Shown: positions 27,509 through 40,344, counted from the first letter of the whole stretch. The stretch: DNA of 63,499 bases, filler included, from Collodictyon triciliatum (GCA_043381765.1; 5 parts of 5 records of this genome joined end to end with filler, not necessarily neighbours in it), one strand, 5' to 3'. Translations and numbers: made by a program. The notes: a model not told the origin generated them from the letters alone.

Positions 27509-30500
27509 ATGAACGGACGCAGCGCTCTAATCGCCGCCATCCTTTTGTCGGCACTCTCTGCCCACGCCATCCAAGTGATCACGCAGTTGCCACCCTGCAC
27601 GATCAATGATCCCGTCGACAAGAGAGGTAGAAATAAACCGCCCGCTTCCGCCCCAACTTGAACAGCTTTCACAAGCTCTTCGCCTAGTATTTTTTTAATC
27701 ATTTTTCTCTTTTTCTCTCTTTTTCTCTCTTTTTCTCTCTTTTTCTCTCTTTTTCTCTCTTTTTCTCTCTTTTTCTCTCTTTTTCTCTATTTCTCTATTA
27801 TTGCTATTCGATCCCTCGATCCTTGAAAGCAACAACTTCCTCTCCCTGCCCCCCTCACCAATATGCTTCTCTATATCCGGATCTTAGACTTGCACGGTGG
27901 AATCCGCAGCAAAGTTTGGTCCCTCTTTGGAATCCAGACGGCCTCTGTGATGTACCTGAAGGGAAAGTCCGTTGGTACGGAGTCCTATGCCGTCTTCCGG
28001 TAAGGGTCACAAGCACTATGAGCTTGACTCATTTTCGCTCTGCTGTCTTCCTTTTGGATTCACATTTTTTTTTTCGGTTTCATTTCAGTTTATTTGGCCA
28101 ATCGAGGTGGTTTCACGTCTTAAAACTCGACAGTTTGCCAACTTGTTATAGATCTTCTGACAGCGAAAACAATACTCTTATTATAATCTAGCCAAGACCC
28201 GAATTTCATGTACGTGACCGGCGCTGCTGAAGAAGATCTGCAGTTTGTTTACGACCTCTCCAACGGCGATTCCCACCTGTTTGTCCCTTACCGTGACCAA
28301 TACTGGGCTGTTTGGAATGGTTTGCTCTTTTTTATTTACTAATTTATTTGCAGTTTCCCGACAGAGCCCGCATTTAGTCTGTGTCCTAGACAATAATAGA
28401 AAAAATGAAACAAAAAATGAAACAAAAAATGAAACAAAAAATGAAACAAAAAATGAAACAAAAAATGAAACAAGCAAACAAGCAAACAAGCAAAATAATG
28501 CCAAGAAACCATGAACATAGAAACTCATCAAAGATTCGTAATCAAATGTCAAAACTCTTTTCTGTAGATAAAAAGAGGCTCAGTGAAATGACTAACTTCT
28601 CGTTCAATAAAACATTACCAGGTGTTGTGCGAACCCTCGAGGAGATCAAGCAGGACTATGGAGTCAGTGCTGTCCACTACAACGAGGATCTGTTAAAGGT
28701 CCTTACCGACATCGGAGCCCGCAATGTTTACATCATTCCAGGCACCACCTTCAGTGGTTAGTACCCATCCAGATCTGCTATCAGTCACAGATGTTTTAGT
28801 TTCTCAGCGCTTGTTATATCACCACCACATCGTACTCCCGTAGTTACATTTGAACAATAAAATAAGCTAATTACCACAACATCCCCTTCGTAGGGATGGA
28901 GCGTTTCAATGTAATTGCTGGAGACACCCTCGAGCAAGTTCTCCGTACTTCGCGCCAGATCAAGACACCCGAAGAAGTCGAAGTCATGCGCATTACTGCA
29001 ACCATCAGCGGAAATGCCCACAATATCGTGATGCAAAACATCAAACCTGGTGGGCTCAAGAGACTCTTTAAACCCCAAAGAAATTATACTGAATGCCGGA
29101 CAAATGATTATGATTAATATCATCCATTGCCTTGAATTCCTCCTTTCAGCATGAAAGTTTCCTGTATGAAATCACACAAACAATTCCATGTCCCACTTGG
29201 CACGCAGATTGGGCTGAGTACCAGGGAGAGTCTTTGTTCCTGCATGAGACCTACAATTGCGGCTGCCGTCACCAGAGCTACACCCCAATTTTCGGGGGAA
29301 GCGTTCGCTCCGCAATCCTCCACTACAATGCCAACACTGAGGCTACTGGTGATGGTGAAATCATTCTGGTAAGCACAAGCAGGCTTTCGTTACACAGAAG
29401 ACTTTCCCCATAGATATAAGAGAGCGGAGTCATTACCAAAAAAAAAAAATTTTTTTTTGGAATGAAACTATTTTATTTCTTCCAAGATCCACAAAGATTC
29501 ACCAATCCAACATCTAACAACCCCTTGCTACGATTCATCGTCGTAGATCGACGCTGGAGCCGAATACCGCGGATACACTTCTGACATCACCCGTCTGTCA
29601 AAACAACCTCTATCGATCCAATCTAACCTTATGCGGATTCGCAAGAGTTTTTTGGCAAAANNNNNNNNNNNNNNNNNNNNNNNNNNNNNNNNNNNNNNNN
29701 NNNNNNNNNNNNNNNNNNNNNNNNNNNNNNNNNNNNNNNNNNNNNNNNNNNNNNNNNNNNNNNNNNNNNNNNNNNNNNNNNNNNNNNNNNNNNNNNNNNN
29801 NNNNNNNNNNNNNNNNNNNNNNNNNNNNNNNNNNNNNNNNNNNNNNNNNNNNNNNNNNNNNNNNNNNNNNNNNNNNNNNNNNNNNNNNNNNNNNNNNNNN
29901 NNNNNNNNNNNNNNNNNNNNNNNNNNNNNNNNNNNNNNNNNNNNNNNNNNNNNNNNNNNNNNNNNNNNNNNNNNNNNNNNNNNNNNNNNNNNNNNNNNNN
30001 NNNNNNNNNNNNNNNNNNNNNNNNNNNNNNNNNNNNNNNNNNNNNNNNNNNNNNNNNNNNNNNNNNNNNNNNNNNTCCATACGCAACAAAACCACATCCA
30101 TGGAGCACAATCGAAATGGATTGCGTGCGCCCCCACGTCACACCACACCACACCACACCACAGGACACCGACGAGCTGATCACCAAGAAGGTCTACAGCC
30201 TCTTCTACCCCCACTCCCTGGGACACATGCTCGGACTGCAGTGAGTCTCCCCACCCCACCCCACCCCAGCCCAGCCCTCCTCCTGCGGTCGGCCATCGAG
30301 CCATGCGCAGCACAACCCTCTCCGTCTCTGCAAAGAGCGCCTAACCCACACGGGCCGCACACAGAGTCCACGACCCGGAGCCCAAGGTCCCGGTGGGCAT
30401 CTTCAACGAACAGCAGCGCCACGAGATGGGCATCGACATGATCAGCACCCTGCGCCCCGGGATGATTCTGACCGTGGAGCCCGTGAGTACTCTTTCCCCC

Positions 30501-30828
30501 GCACTGGCCCCTGTGCTCGGCAGCAGCCTCACCCGCGCCACTCCGTGCAGGGCATCTACTTCATCCCGGCCCTTCTCGAGCCCGCCTTTGTGGACCCCCG
30601 CTACGACGGCCACCTGAACGAGCGCCTGATTCGCGAGTACATCCCTGTCGGCGGCGTCCGCATCGAAGACGTAAGCCCGACCCGTCCCTCATCCTCGCCC
30701 CGCCCACTCACCAGAACGCCCCGCAGGACCTGATGATCACCGATTCGGGCTTCGAGGACTTCTCGGCCTTCATCCCCAAGGAAATCGACGAGATCGAGGC
30801 GTTCATGGCCGGCGTTGTCCAGCACTAG
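27509..30828 (+). CDS. Xaa-Pro dipeptidase / aminopeptidase P (M24B) with N-terminal signal peptide; internal gap
   Basis: MNGRSALIAAILLSALSAHA; FR|QDPNFMYVTG; IKTPEEVEVMR; SAILHY; IDAGAEYRGYTSDITR; YPHSLGHMLGL..VHD; MILTVEP|GIYF; GGVRIED|D. Metal ligands are present. Confidence 0.9.
28402..28472. repeat. (AAAATGAAACAA)n 12-mer intronic repeat
   Basis: About six visible units. Confidence 0.9.
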
Positions 30829-30979
30829 AGAGCCCGCCCGCCCGCCCGCCCGCAATAAATGCCGCGGCTGCTGTCTGTCTTTCTGTCTTTCTCTCCAACC
30901 TTGTCTTATCCTCGTTGCCACTGTCTCTGGGCTGGTGTTTATGCGATGGCCGCGCAGAACGGTCCTCTTCTGCCGCTGC

Positions 30980-32138
30980 CTACTCCTTCTTGGGCTGCAC
31001 CTGCTCGACCTTCTCGCGCAGCTCCTGAATCTGCTCCTCCGCCTTCTGCAGACGCTTCTGCAGCTCCTCGACCTACGCGCCAAGCCCATTGTTAGGACCA
31101 CGATAGACACACACACATCACACACATCACACACAAGACCACGCCCTGTCTCGGTGGCCGCCCGTATCTTACCTCCCGCTTGCCGTCCGCAGTCGAGGCG
31201 TCGGGTGAGCTCAGCTTCCGCACCTTCTTGTCAAACTCGGGGTGCTCCATTGTGGGTAGGCGCGCACGGATGCCTCTGTGTGGCGGGAGAGTCGGGTTAA
31301 TCCGGTGGCGGCAAGCGAGGGAGACTATGGGTGAGTGCACAAACCGGATGCCGGGCAGGGCGTCCTTTGCCCCCAGGGAAATCAGGGCGTCCGCAGCCTC
31401 CTTTGCGGCCGGCAGCGAGTCTGTGGTGAGCTGTTCGCGGAGGAAGGCAACCACGCGCTTCTTCTTCCACGGCTCCAGCCATGCGCCCTGATGCGCAGTG
31501 ACAGAGTGAGTCCACGACGCACGTAGCAGGCCGCAAGGGCACATGCACGGCTCGCCGCTTTGAGGAGAGAGAATGGGGGAAAGAGAACAAGGAAGGAAGG
31601 AAGGAAGGAAGGAAGGAAGGAAGGAAGGAAGGAAGGAAGGAAGGAAGGAAGGAAGGAAAGTGCCATACCAAGACGCCCAGCTCATGGAGGGCTGCGGGGC
31701 GTACGCTCTCGTCGGTCAAGAGATTCTGCTGCACCCCAGAAAAGGCGGGGTGCGAGAATGTATCTGCGGCGCCGTCGGCGTTGTACGGGAGCGAACGTCT
31801 GCGCACCATAGAATGATTGACAGATAAAGCAGGCGATTATCCACAAATTCCAGCACAACCAAACGCGTGACTCGAAAAAAGTACGCAGGGGTTCTGTTGT
31901 GTACGCACCTCTTGAGATATTTTAGCACATCGTCAACGATCTCGTCATAATGGCGGGCGAGTTGGGAGAGTCCGCGGAGTGCCCCGTTCTGAGCAGATAT
32001 GCGATATTGGGTAGGTGTAATAATTTGTTTTTCTTATTAAAAAAATTTTTTTTAAAAAAAGGTAAACGATTAAAAATAAACAAATAAAACGTGACGCCCC
32101 TTCGATTACGGTGGTCTAAGGCTTTCATTTCTTCTACA

Positions 32139-32235
<97 letters not shown>

Positions 32236-35200
32236 CGAAAAGCGATACTATGCGGTCTTAAAGGGCATCAACATGAGACAACATAAAAAAAAAAAGACTC
32301 AAAAATATCAACTAGAGCAATAGCAATAAAATGGTAATCGTGCTTATACACAAAGATATTGAATACCTGAACGAGTCCGTATAAGGAGTTGGTCTCAGCG
32401 AATTGAATCAGAAGCGGGAGGTCGTCCATATTGTGCTGGAGGCCAAGTCCATGGAGAAGTCTGCCGAGAGCGCGGTATGGGAATGAGGCCGTCTCGTCAA
32501 TAGCAGGAATTCTATTCAAGAAAGCCGCTCTGATGCGTGGATGAATCAGCGAATTCGAAGCCAGAACAATTTCGCTAAGAGCTAGAATGGAGATATAATC
32601 ATTTAATTTATCATAATTGGAATGGAGTAGTGGTGGGGCTTTTAAGAAAGAATAAATAGACACATTTGCGGACCAAAGCCAACATCTCCACCATCCTGCA
32701 CAAAATTGAAAGGAAGAATAAAAAAAAAAAATAGACACATTTATCCCAGCATATATACACTTGGGCAAAGAAAGAAAACAGGAAAGAAACATAAATAAGT
32801 AAATAGATAAACAAATATAAGAGAGTTACCGTAGAAGTTTTCCTCCGATTGAATCATTTGCGCCAAAATAGGTATCGCCAATCCGGATTTTGTCTTTGCA
32901 AGAGCGTTCGCTGCCTATGTAATATTTGCAAATAATTTAATTACATAGGTAAATTTAATATCAAAGAAAGAACACATAAATCATTAATGTAGGTTTAGGT
33001 TATAGGTGGCGAGTTTTTTTTTGGGTACGTAAAGAATAAATAGTAATGGACCTGGATACGAACGCCATAAAATTTCTCTTCTGATATTAGCTCTTCGATG
33101 ACCTTGAAGGATTGGGGGGAAGCAATCTAGTTAAATTGTACATATTTAGGTTAAGCAATCTTTGGAGGCCCGATCCATGGACTTTCTGCATCAAACCTTT
33201 GCAATTTCCTGAATTGCTCGGATGCGGCCAATAACAGATGGATGGTGACGAGCTGTTTGTGTCAAAATATCCAAGCCGGGGTTGAATTCCAGACTCATCA
33301 CATAGTGGTTATGCGGGTCGATATGAACCTCAAAAACGTGCCCTTGGATATCAGAGAATACTGCCTCGCTCTATAAGGAATGAATTTGTAACCGCTTCTT
33401 CAGATGTACAGAGTAAACGAGAGCAAACAGGGAATACTCAAAAAGTATGCCCATATAAAGTTGATATTGGAGACTCTTTGAATCGAATAAAGGAGAAAAA
33501 AAAAAAGTTGATATTGGAGACCAGATGCAGAAGGGACGGAAAACAAAACAAAACAAAACAAAACCTTGTTTGAGGTTCCATCGAACGAGATTATTTGGGA
33601 GTGTGAGATACGGTTCTCTGGGAGAGTGTCCTTCTTATCGCCGACAATAATTTTCACCTCAATATCCATGGCAAAGAGGTTCTTTGTATCAAATTTCTTC
33701 TCAAGATCATCCTTTTCAAAATGGAAAGAGAGCTTACTTAGTTATTAAAAAGGAAGAAATTAATCAAAAAGAACCCGAATTAATTCTTTGTGTGCAAGAA
33801 CAGTCTAGGAAAATCGCTCAAACCTGTGTTTGCTGAAGCCCGACCTTAACTATTTTCTTTTGAGATGAGAAAGAATATGACCTATGATAAAAAAAAAAAA
33901 AAAACGGTTGCATTAACGAAAAGACAGATAAATCCTCACCATCAATTAAAAAATAAAACATTGTCATAATTAGCATACATATATGATACACCACATGAAT
34001 TGATAATATTGATGTGATTACCCCTTCAAGATGGGATAGCCAACGCCGTATATCCAGCGATCGAAAAACGGAACCAAGTTGAGGCCACTCTCTGCCTCCA
34101 ATTCCTTGCGGAAGTCTTCGGTTTCAACAAATCGGTGGGCATACTTTTCTGTAAATGCATATTAGAGGTCGATAAGTTAGTTGAATTGTAGCATACTTTT
34201 TGGTCGACCAAACATTTTAGTTCTACTAATTCTAATCCTTACTAAGGTATTTCGAAACAGCACTCCAAAAGGTCTCTGAGCCAAGCATCATTTCAAGCAT
34301 GTGTAATCTAGAATAGCAAGTTGATGTGAACTTGGCAAGAAACAANNNNNNNNNNNNNNNNNNNNNNNNNNNNNNNNNNNNNNNNNNNNNNNNNNNNNNN
34401 NNNNNNNNNNNNNNNNNNNNNNNNNNNNNNNNNNNNNNNNNNNNNNNNNNNNNNNNNNNNNNNNNNNNNNNNNNNNNNNNNNNNNNNNNNNNNNNNNNNN
34501 NNNNNNNNNNNNNNNNNNNNNNNNNNNNNNNNNNNNNNNNNNNNNNNNNNNNNNNNNNNNNNNNNNNNNNNNNNNNNNNNNNNNNNNNNNNNNNNNNNNN
34601 NNNNNNNNNNNNNNNNNNNNNNNNNNNNNNNNNNNNNNNNNNNNNNNNNNNNNNNNNNNNNNNNNNNNNNNNNNNNNNNNNNNNNNNNNNNNNNNNNNNN
34701 NNNNNNNNNNNNNNNNNNNNNNNNNNNNNNNNNNNNNNNNNNNNNNNNNNNNNNNNNNNNNNNNNNNNNNNNNNNNNNNNNNNNNNNNNNNNNNNNNNNN
34801 NNNNNNNNNNNNNNNNNNNNNNNNNNNNNNNNNNNNNNNNNNNNNNNNNNNNNNNNNNNNNNNNNNNNNNNAAATGATAACACATAGTAGAATAATGCAG
34901 TTGATATTACAAACCGTGGTCAAAGTGACGGATGGACACAAGGTCCCCAAAATAAGTATGGGCCAGTTCTATTAATTTGAAAAACACAATTATAAACTTA
35001 ACAATAGCAATAGCTTGTCTTTGAATTCTGAAGGTATATGTAGTTCAGGGTCGGATTGGCTTATTATTATTGTTTGCTTTTTGAGAAAAATGACCATGAA
35101 CATTCGTCATATTTGTGCTATCAAAGAACTCTTTAATCCAAGCTTCGTCTAAAACAAACCGCTCGTTCCAAGTGACAAGCGTAACCTTAGAAATGAAATG

Positions 35201-37702
35201 AAAAGAAATGAAAAGAAAAGAAAAGACAGTCAGCACGATTCTCAATTCTATGAGATGCAACTTGGGCTAATGTCTTTTTCATCTTGATCATATACAAATG
35301 ATCAATAACAAACATTTTCCATGGCAGTGGGGTAAATTGGAAGGCTTATCTATTGATTTATTTTTTGCTTTAGCATGATAGAAGATATGGTTTCTAACTG
35401 TGGTTCATAGTCTCTTCGTTTTTACTTATTTCATCTTGAATTAAATTCGTAATGTTTAATACATGGGCCTGTTTCGCAAAAGGATATTCCATTCCCAATT
35501 TCTTCTCCATCCAAAGGATAATATCACCTACATAATCAAGCGAAACACATAACTCGTCGGTTGAAAATGTAAAGATTTTTGTATTGTTATTCTTTCCTTC
35601 AAGAATTAATGAATGAGTAGTAAACAGACGTGTGTTTTGGAAGGAACGCCGTAAGTCAGCCTCTTTAACGTTCTTGGACGCATAGTAAGAAATTGGTATT
35701 CCGTGTACATCGCCATCGTCGACTCTGACGAAATCTCCAGCAGCAAAGCATGAGAGGTATGAAGAAAAAGCAAGCTTTTCAGACCAGTGTACTGTCTTGA
35801 TACCATTGTCAATTGTTTCGCTCTTCATCAGTCCGTTTGCGACAACGGTCTATGTGGCCACCAATTTTAAACAAGGAATTTTATAAATGCGGACAAAAGA
35901 GGACAATAAAAAGAAAATAATTACATTTTTTTTTNNNNNNNNNNNNNNNNNNNNNNNNNNNNNNNNNNNNNNNNNNNNNNNNNNNNNNNNNNNNNNNNNN
36001 NNNNNNNNNNNNNNNNNNNNNNNNNNNNNNNNNNNNNNNNNNNNNNNNNNNNNNNNNNNNNNNNNNNNNNNNNNNNNNNNNNNNNNNNNNNNNNNNNNNN
36101 NNNNNNNNNNNNNNNNNNNNNNNNNNNNNNNNNNNNNNNNNNNNNNNNNNNNNNNNNNNNNNNNNNNNNNNNNNNNNNNNNNNNNNNNNNNNNNNNNNNN
36201 NNNNNNNNNNNNNNNNNNNNNNNNNNNNNNNNNNNNNNNNNNNNNNNNNNNNNNNNNNNNNNNNNNNNNNNNNNNNNNNNNNNNNNNNNNNNNNNNNNNN
36301 NNNNNNNNNNNNNNNNNNNNNNNNNNNNNNNNNNNNNNNNNNNNNNNNNNNNNNNNNNNNNNNNNNNNNNNNNNNNNNNNNNNNNNNNNNNNNNNNNNNN
36401 NNNNNNNNNNNNNNNNNNNNNNNNNNNNNNNNNNNNNNNNNNNNNNNNNNNNNNNNNNNNNTAACGCTTTTCGCAGATGGGGTCTACACATATCTTTATC
36501 ATCGAAGCTAAGAGAAATTTCAAAGAAGACGTTTGTATGGATAGTTTTTCGCAAGTATGTAGATTGATACCTTGTAGTTATTTCCCTTTTTCAAATCATG
36601 CTCCCACACTACAGTAATGAAATTACCGTCGTACCTTGAAGTAATTCATAAGATTCCAATCAGTATTACATCTTGTGCATATTTGAATCGTATAATACAA
36701 TTAATTTTGTCTATCTCTAAAAGAAATAAAAGAAATAAAAGAAAGAAAAGAAAGAATATCAACCTGAAGTCAAGCTGAGCAGGTGGTTCACTAGCATCAG
36801 AAACTTGAACATGAGCGAATGAAATCGCGTTTAGCTTGAGTGTTCGCGAATCTCTGTTACATTTAATTGTCATACTGTTTTTTCCTATTTTATTTTTGTC
36901 GCATTGGGGCTGTTAGTTGTGTAAGAACAATTCAACAATATTTCATTTATCACAGCTTTATTGGCATCATTTGAGGTAAAAAGATAGCATATTGCATGGC
37001 GTATGTTTTATATTATTTTTTGGGTATTCAAGCTTACATATACATGCTGCTTCCAAGCAAGACAAAAGAAAAGCAAAAACAAAAAAGAAACAAAAAACAA
37101 CTTCCAAGCGATTTATGGGTTTTTTTTACCGATCATCTTTTTGAGAGGAAAATCAAACGAGAGGTCCAGCCGCATGTGGGTGGGCTCGAGAAGCAGATCT
37201 GGCGCATACTTCAGAGGTGTTGTCTCGTCGGCAAACTTTGCGTCGGGTGCTGGTCGTCGTTGTTGTTTGTCGAGTGGACGNNNNNNNNNNNNNNNNNNNN
37301 NNNNNNNNNNNNNNNNNNNNNNNNNNNNNNNNNNNNNNNNNNNNNNNNNNNNNNNNNNNNNNNNNNNNNNNNNNNNNNNNNNNNNNNNNNNNNNNNNNNN
37401 NNNNNNNNNNNNNNNNNNNNNNNNNNNNNNNNNNNNNNNNNNNNNNNNNNNNNNNNNNNNNNNNNNNNNNNNNNNNNNNNNNNNNNNNNNNNNNNNNNNN
37501 NNNNNNNNNNNNNNNNNNNNNNNNNNNNNNNNNNNNNNNNNNNNNNNNNNNNNNNNNNNNNNNNNNNNNNNNNNNNNNNNNNNNNNNNNNNNNNNNNNNN
37601 NNNAATAAATACAAAATAACGCACAAAGAAAAGCGAAAACCAACCAGCAGCAGCGAAGAGACTATGCCCGCGACAGCAGAAGGCACCTTTTTCAAGAGGC
37701 AT
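30980..37702 (-). CDS. M1 zinc aminopeptidase (PepN-like) with HEAT-like helical region and C-terminal coiled coil; several gaps
   Basis: FADETTPLKYAPDLLLEPTHMRLDLSFD; VVANG; SSYLSCFAAGDF; YPF; TAMEN; H|ELAHTYFGD (HEXXH split by an intron); LHMLEMMLGSETFW; FFDRWIYGVGYP; ends VEELQKRLQKAEEQIQELREKVEQ. First exon at 37702 is tentative. Confidence 0.87.
31588..31657. repeat. (GAAG)n microsatellite
   Basis: Visible array in an intron. Confidence 0.95.
32138..32233. repeat. (AAT)n microsatellite
   Basis: Visible array in an intron. Confidence 0.95.
32668..32728 (+). mobile_element. Mini poly(A) retroposon insertion, family A
   Basis: GCGGACCAAAGCCAACATCTCCACCATCCTGCACAAAATTGAAAGGAAGAAT(A)n with perfect 14-bp TSD AAATAGACACATTT (32654-32667/32729-32742). 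Confidence 0.85.
33475..33503 (+). mobile_element. Mini poly(A) retroposon insertion, family B
   Basis: TCTTTGAATCGAATAAAGGAG(A)n with perfect 18-bp TSD AAAGTTGATATTGGAGAC (33457-33474/33504-33521). Confidence 0.8.
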
Positions 37703-38106
37703 TTTTTTTCAGGTGGAGGACTGTGCGATCCTGGATTTGAAGGTGTCGAATCTAAGAATGATGCATCGCTCAGTCAGCCAAGTAGTCCAAGCGCCCGAGA
37801 AGCCCCCACACGATTCCGCGGCCGTCGATCGAGTTGTATTCGGCCATTCAAGGCTCGACCTTATGTTTGCCCAGACGCACACGATCATATATATATTTAT
37901 CATCAATGTTTTAAAAAAAAACCCCTCGCTTGTATCCAAACGTCAGCAAAAGTGCGCGAATCGAATGCTTCGATCAGGTTCAGAGAGGGGTTTCAGGGGA
38001 GAAGCGAGAGGTGGCAAGGAAAAGAGCAAGATTGACGCATCATCCCGTCACTTTCTTGCCTTCTCGTTCTTTTCGTCCTCTCGCTACCGCTCTCAGCTGC
38101 TACTGT

Positions 38107-39455
38107 TTATTCAGTCAGCCCCTTCTGACGAAGATACTCTGCAATCTCGTCGAAGCCGCCAAGGTCCGCATAGTAGAGTGCGCTCTCTCCATCTCGTGCT
38201 TTGCGATGCAAGTCCACGCCGGCCTTTGCAAGCAGAACCACACAAGGCGTGTGGCCGTGGAATGCCGCAAGATGCAAAGGCGGGACACCATCGGAGTCAG
38301 AAACCGAGTTCAGGATGCCTATGATGTTTGGTGTAGACAACAGGGCTCTCAAAGCCGCCTCGTTGCCGTGGAAAACAGCCTCCACAGCCAAAATCCCGAG
38401 ATTGTCCTCCGAGCCGTAAAGCTCCTTCTCAATCAACAGCGAGAATATTTGCTGGAATCCCGGCAGCCTCTTTGATACAATCACAAAGAGGGCGTCTCGA
38501 GACAGAGCAGCACGAAACGCATCGGCTCCAATCTCAGTCCTTGAAGATATCAGCTGCACGAGGTCGAGATGTCCCTCGACAGCCGCCAAATACACTGGAG
38601 TGATGCCTTCATATATGCTCTGTGTGTTGATAAGGTCAGGCTGTCGCTCAAGAAGAAGTTCCACGGCTTTGCGCATTCCTCTAATCGATGCAAGAATCAT
38701 ATTATGGCAACTGTAGATATCAAGGGACATTTGCACTTTCAGAAATATAGTACGATACCAAATAATAAAGATATGAACCAAAATTCATATTGTGCGTTGT
38801 GTATTATAAGATGTCTTAATATAAATAAAAATTAGATAAAATTTAAAAAAATTGATAAAAGTTAAAAAAAAAAAAAAGAAGCAAATCTACTTTGAGCAGG
38901 CCATATGAAGGAGAGAAAATCCTGCTGTTGTGAGAGCATTTAACTTTGCATCGGGTCTGGAAGCGAGGTAAATAAAGTAATCCTCCTTCTGAAAGTAAAG
39001 CGAGAAATACAAAGGAGTTTCTCCGGCAAAGTTGGGGCTGTTAATATCTGCGCCTGCCTCTTCAACCAGGATTCGGAGGATTTCCCAACTTCCTTTGGAA
39101 ACCGCTGTGTGTAGTGCTGTTCGTCCGTCTGTGCTGGGATTGTTCACACGAGCACCGGCCTTCTCTACTGCACACCAACCAATATGTCAGTCATTTCGTT
39201 CTAATCGTAGCTATGCATAAACATATTTGCATTCATTTAAAAGGGGGACGCAATACATCAATTTCTGTCTTCCAGTTGATCTAAATAGAGAGAGAGTCTC
39301 ATCTGATATACATGTAAATATATGTAAAAGAGACATATTATATGTTTAACAAAATGGTTATACAAAAGTATCTTGTTGCCTTTGGTTTGTTGTGAAAGAC
39401 GGCCCAGGCGAGAGGCGGAATGTATGCGATCTTAACAGGCAGGAAACCAAAAATA

Positions 39456-39487
<32 letters not shown>

Positions 39488-39969
39488 AGAGCTTAGGAGT
39501 AAAAGAAACATATAGCTCAATAAGCTAATAAAAAGAGGAAATAAAAGACAGTTGAATCAAGATTAAACAAATTAACATGTGAATATGTATAGATATGCAA
39601 ATACATGGTTAAAAAATCATAAAATATATAAAAGAATAGTATGTAAGGCAAGAAATATAAAAGAGAAAAGTAAATACAGACTTCGGGAGGATCAACCAAG
39701 AAGAGGCCATTTTCGATGCTTTTGGGCTCTTTCGAGACCGCGGCAATTCTGCGAGCGTTTTTAACAGGATCCGCGTCCGCATCTTCGTTGACAAGATCGA
39801 ACTGCGCCTGCTCCAGAAGACGCTTGATCTCCGTAGACTTGCCGTCCTGAATCGCCTGCATCAGGTCAGCGAGGTATTGCCGACGAACTTGAGCCTGCGT
39901 GTCGCCTTCTGGCTTGTGCGACGGTGGACAACAACTCTCACTTGTGCCGTCGCTGCCGCAGGCGCTCAT
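38107..39969 (-). CDS. Ankyrin-repeat protein (multi-exon)
   Basis: PPLAWAV, GRTALHTAV, GETPLYFS, GITPVYLAA, GVPPLHLAA and GESALYYA repeats; GT-AG introns. Confidence 0.88.
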
Positions 39970-40060
39970 CTCCCAGTGCTTGCCTGCTTTATGGGTCTGT
40001 GCCGCAGTTTGTCATATGCCCAAGCAGATTCTGTTTTTTTTTGTTTTTTTGTTTTTTTTT

Positions 40061-40118
<58 letters not shown>

Positions 40119-40218
40119 NNNNNNNNNNNNNNNNNNNNNNNNNNNNNNNNNNNNNNNNNNNNTTAATTAATTAANNNNNNNNNNNNNNNNNNNNNNNNNN
40201 NNNNNNNNNNNNNNNNNN
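40119..40218. other. Artificial contig spacer
   Basis: N44-TTAATTAATTAA-N44. Confidence 0.97.
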
Positions 40219-40234
40219 TAAAAAAAAAAAAAAA

Positions 40235-40344
<110 letters not shown>

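Noticed and set aside
27110-27512. Long ORFs in several frames (KETKKQRN / LCFFVSLF repeats)
   Set aside because: Artefacts of a stop-free 8-mer tandem repeat.
29661-37603. Long X-filled ORFs
   Set aside because: They span N gaps and are not evidence of coding sequence.
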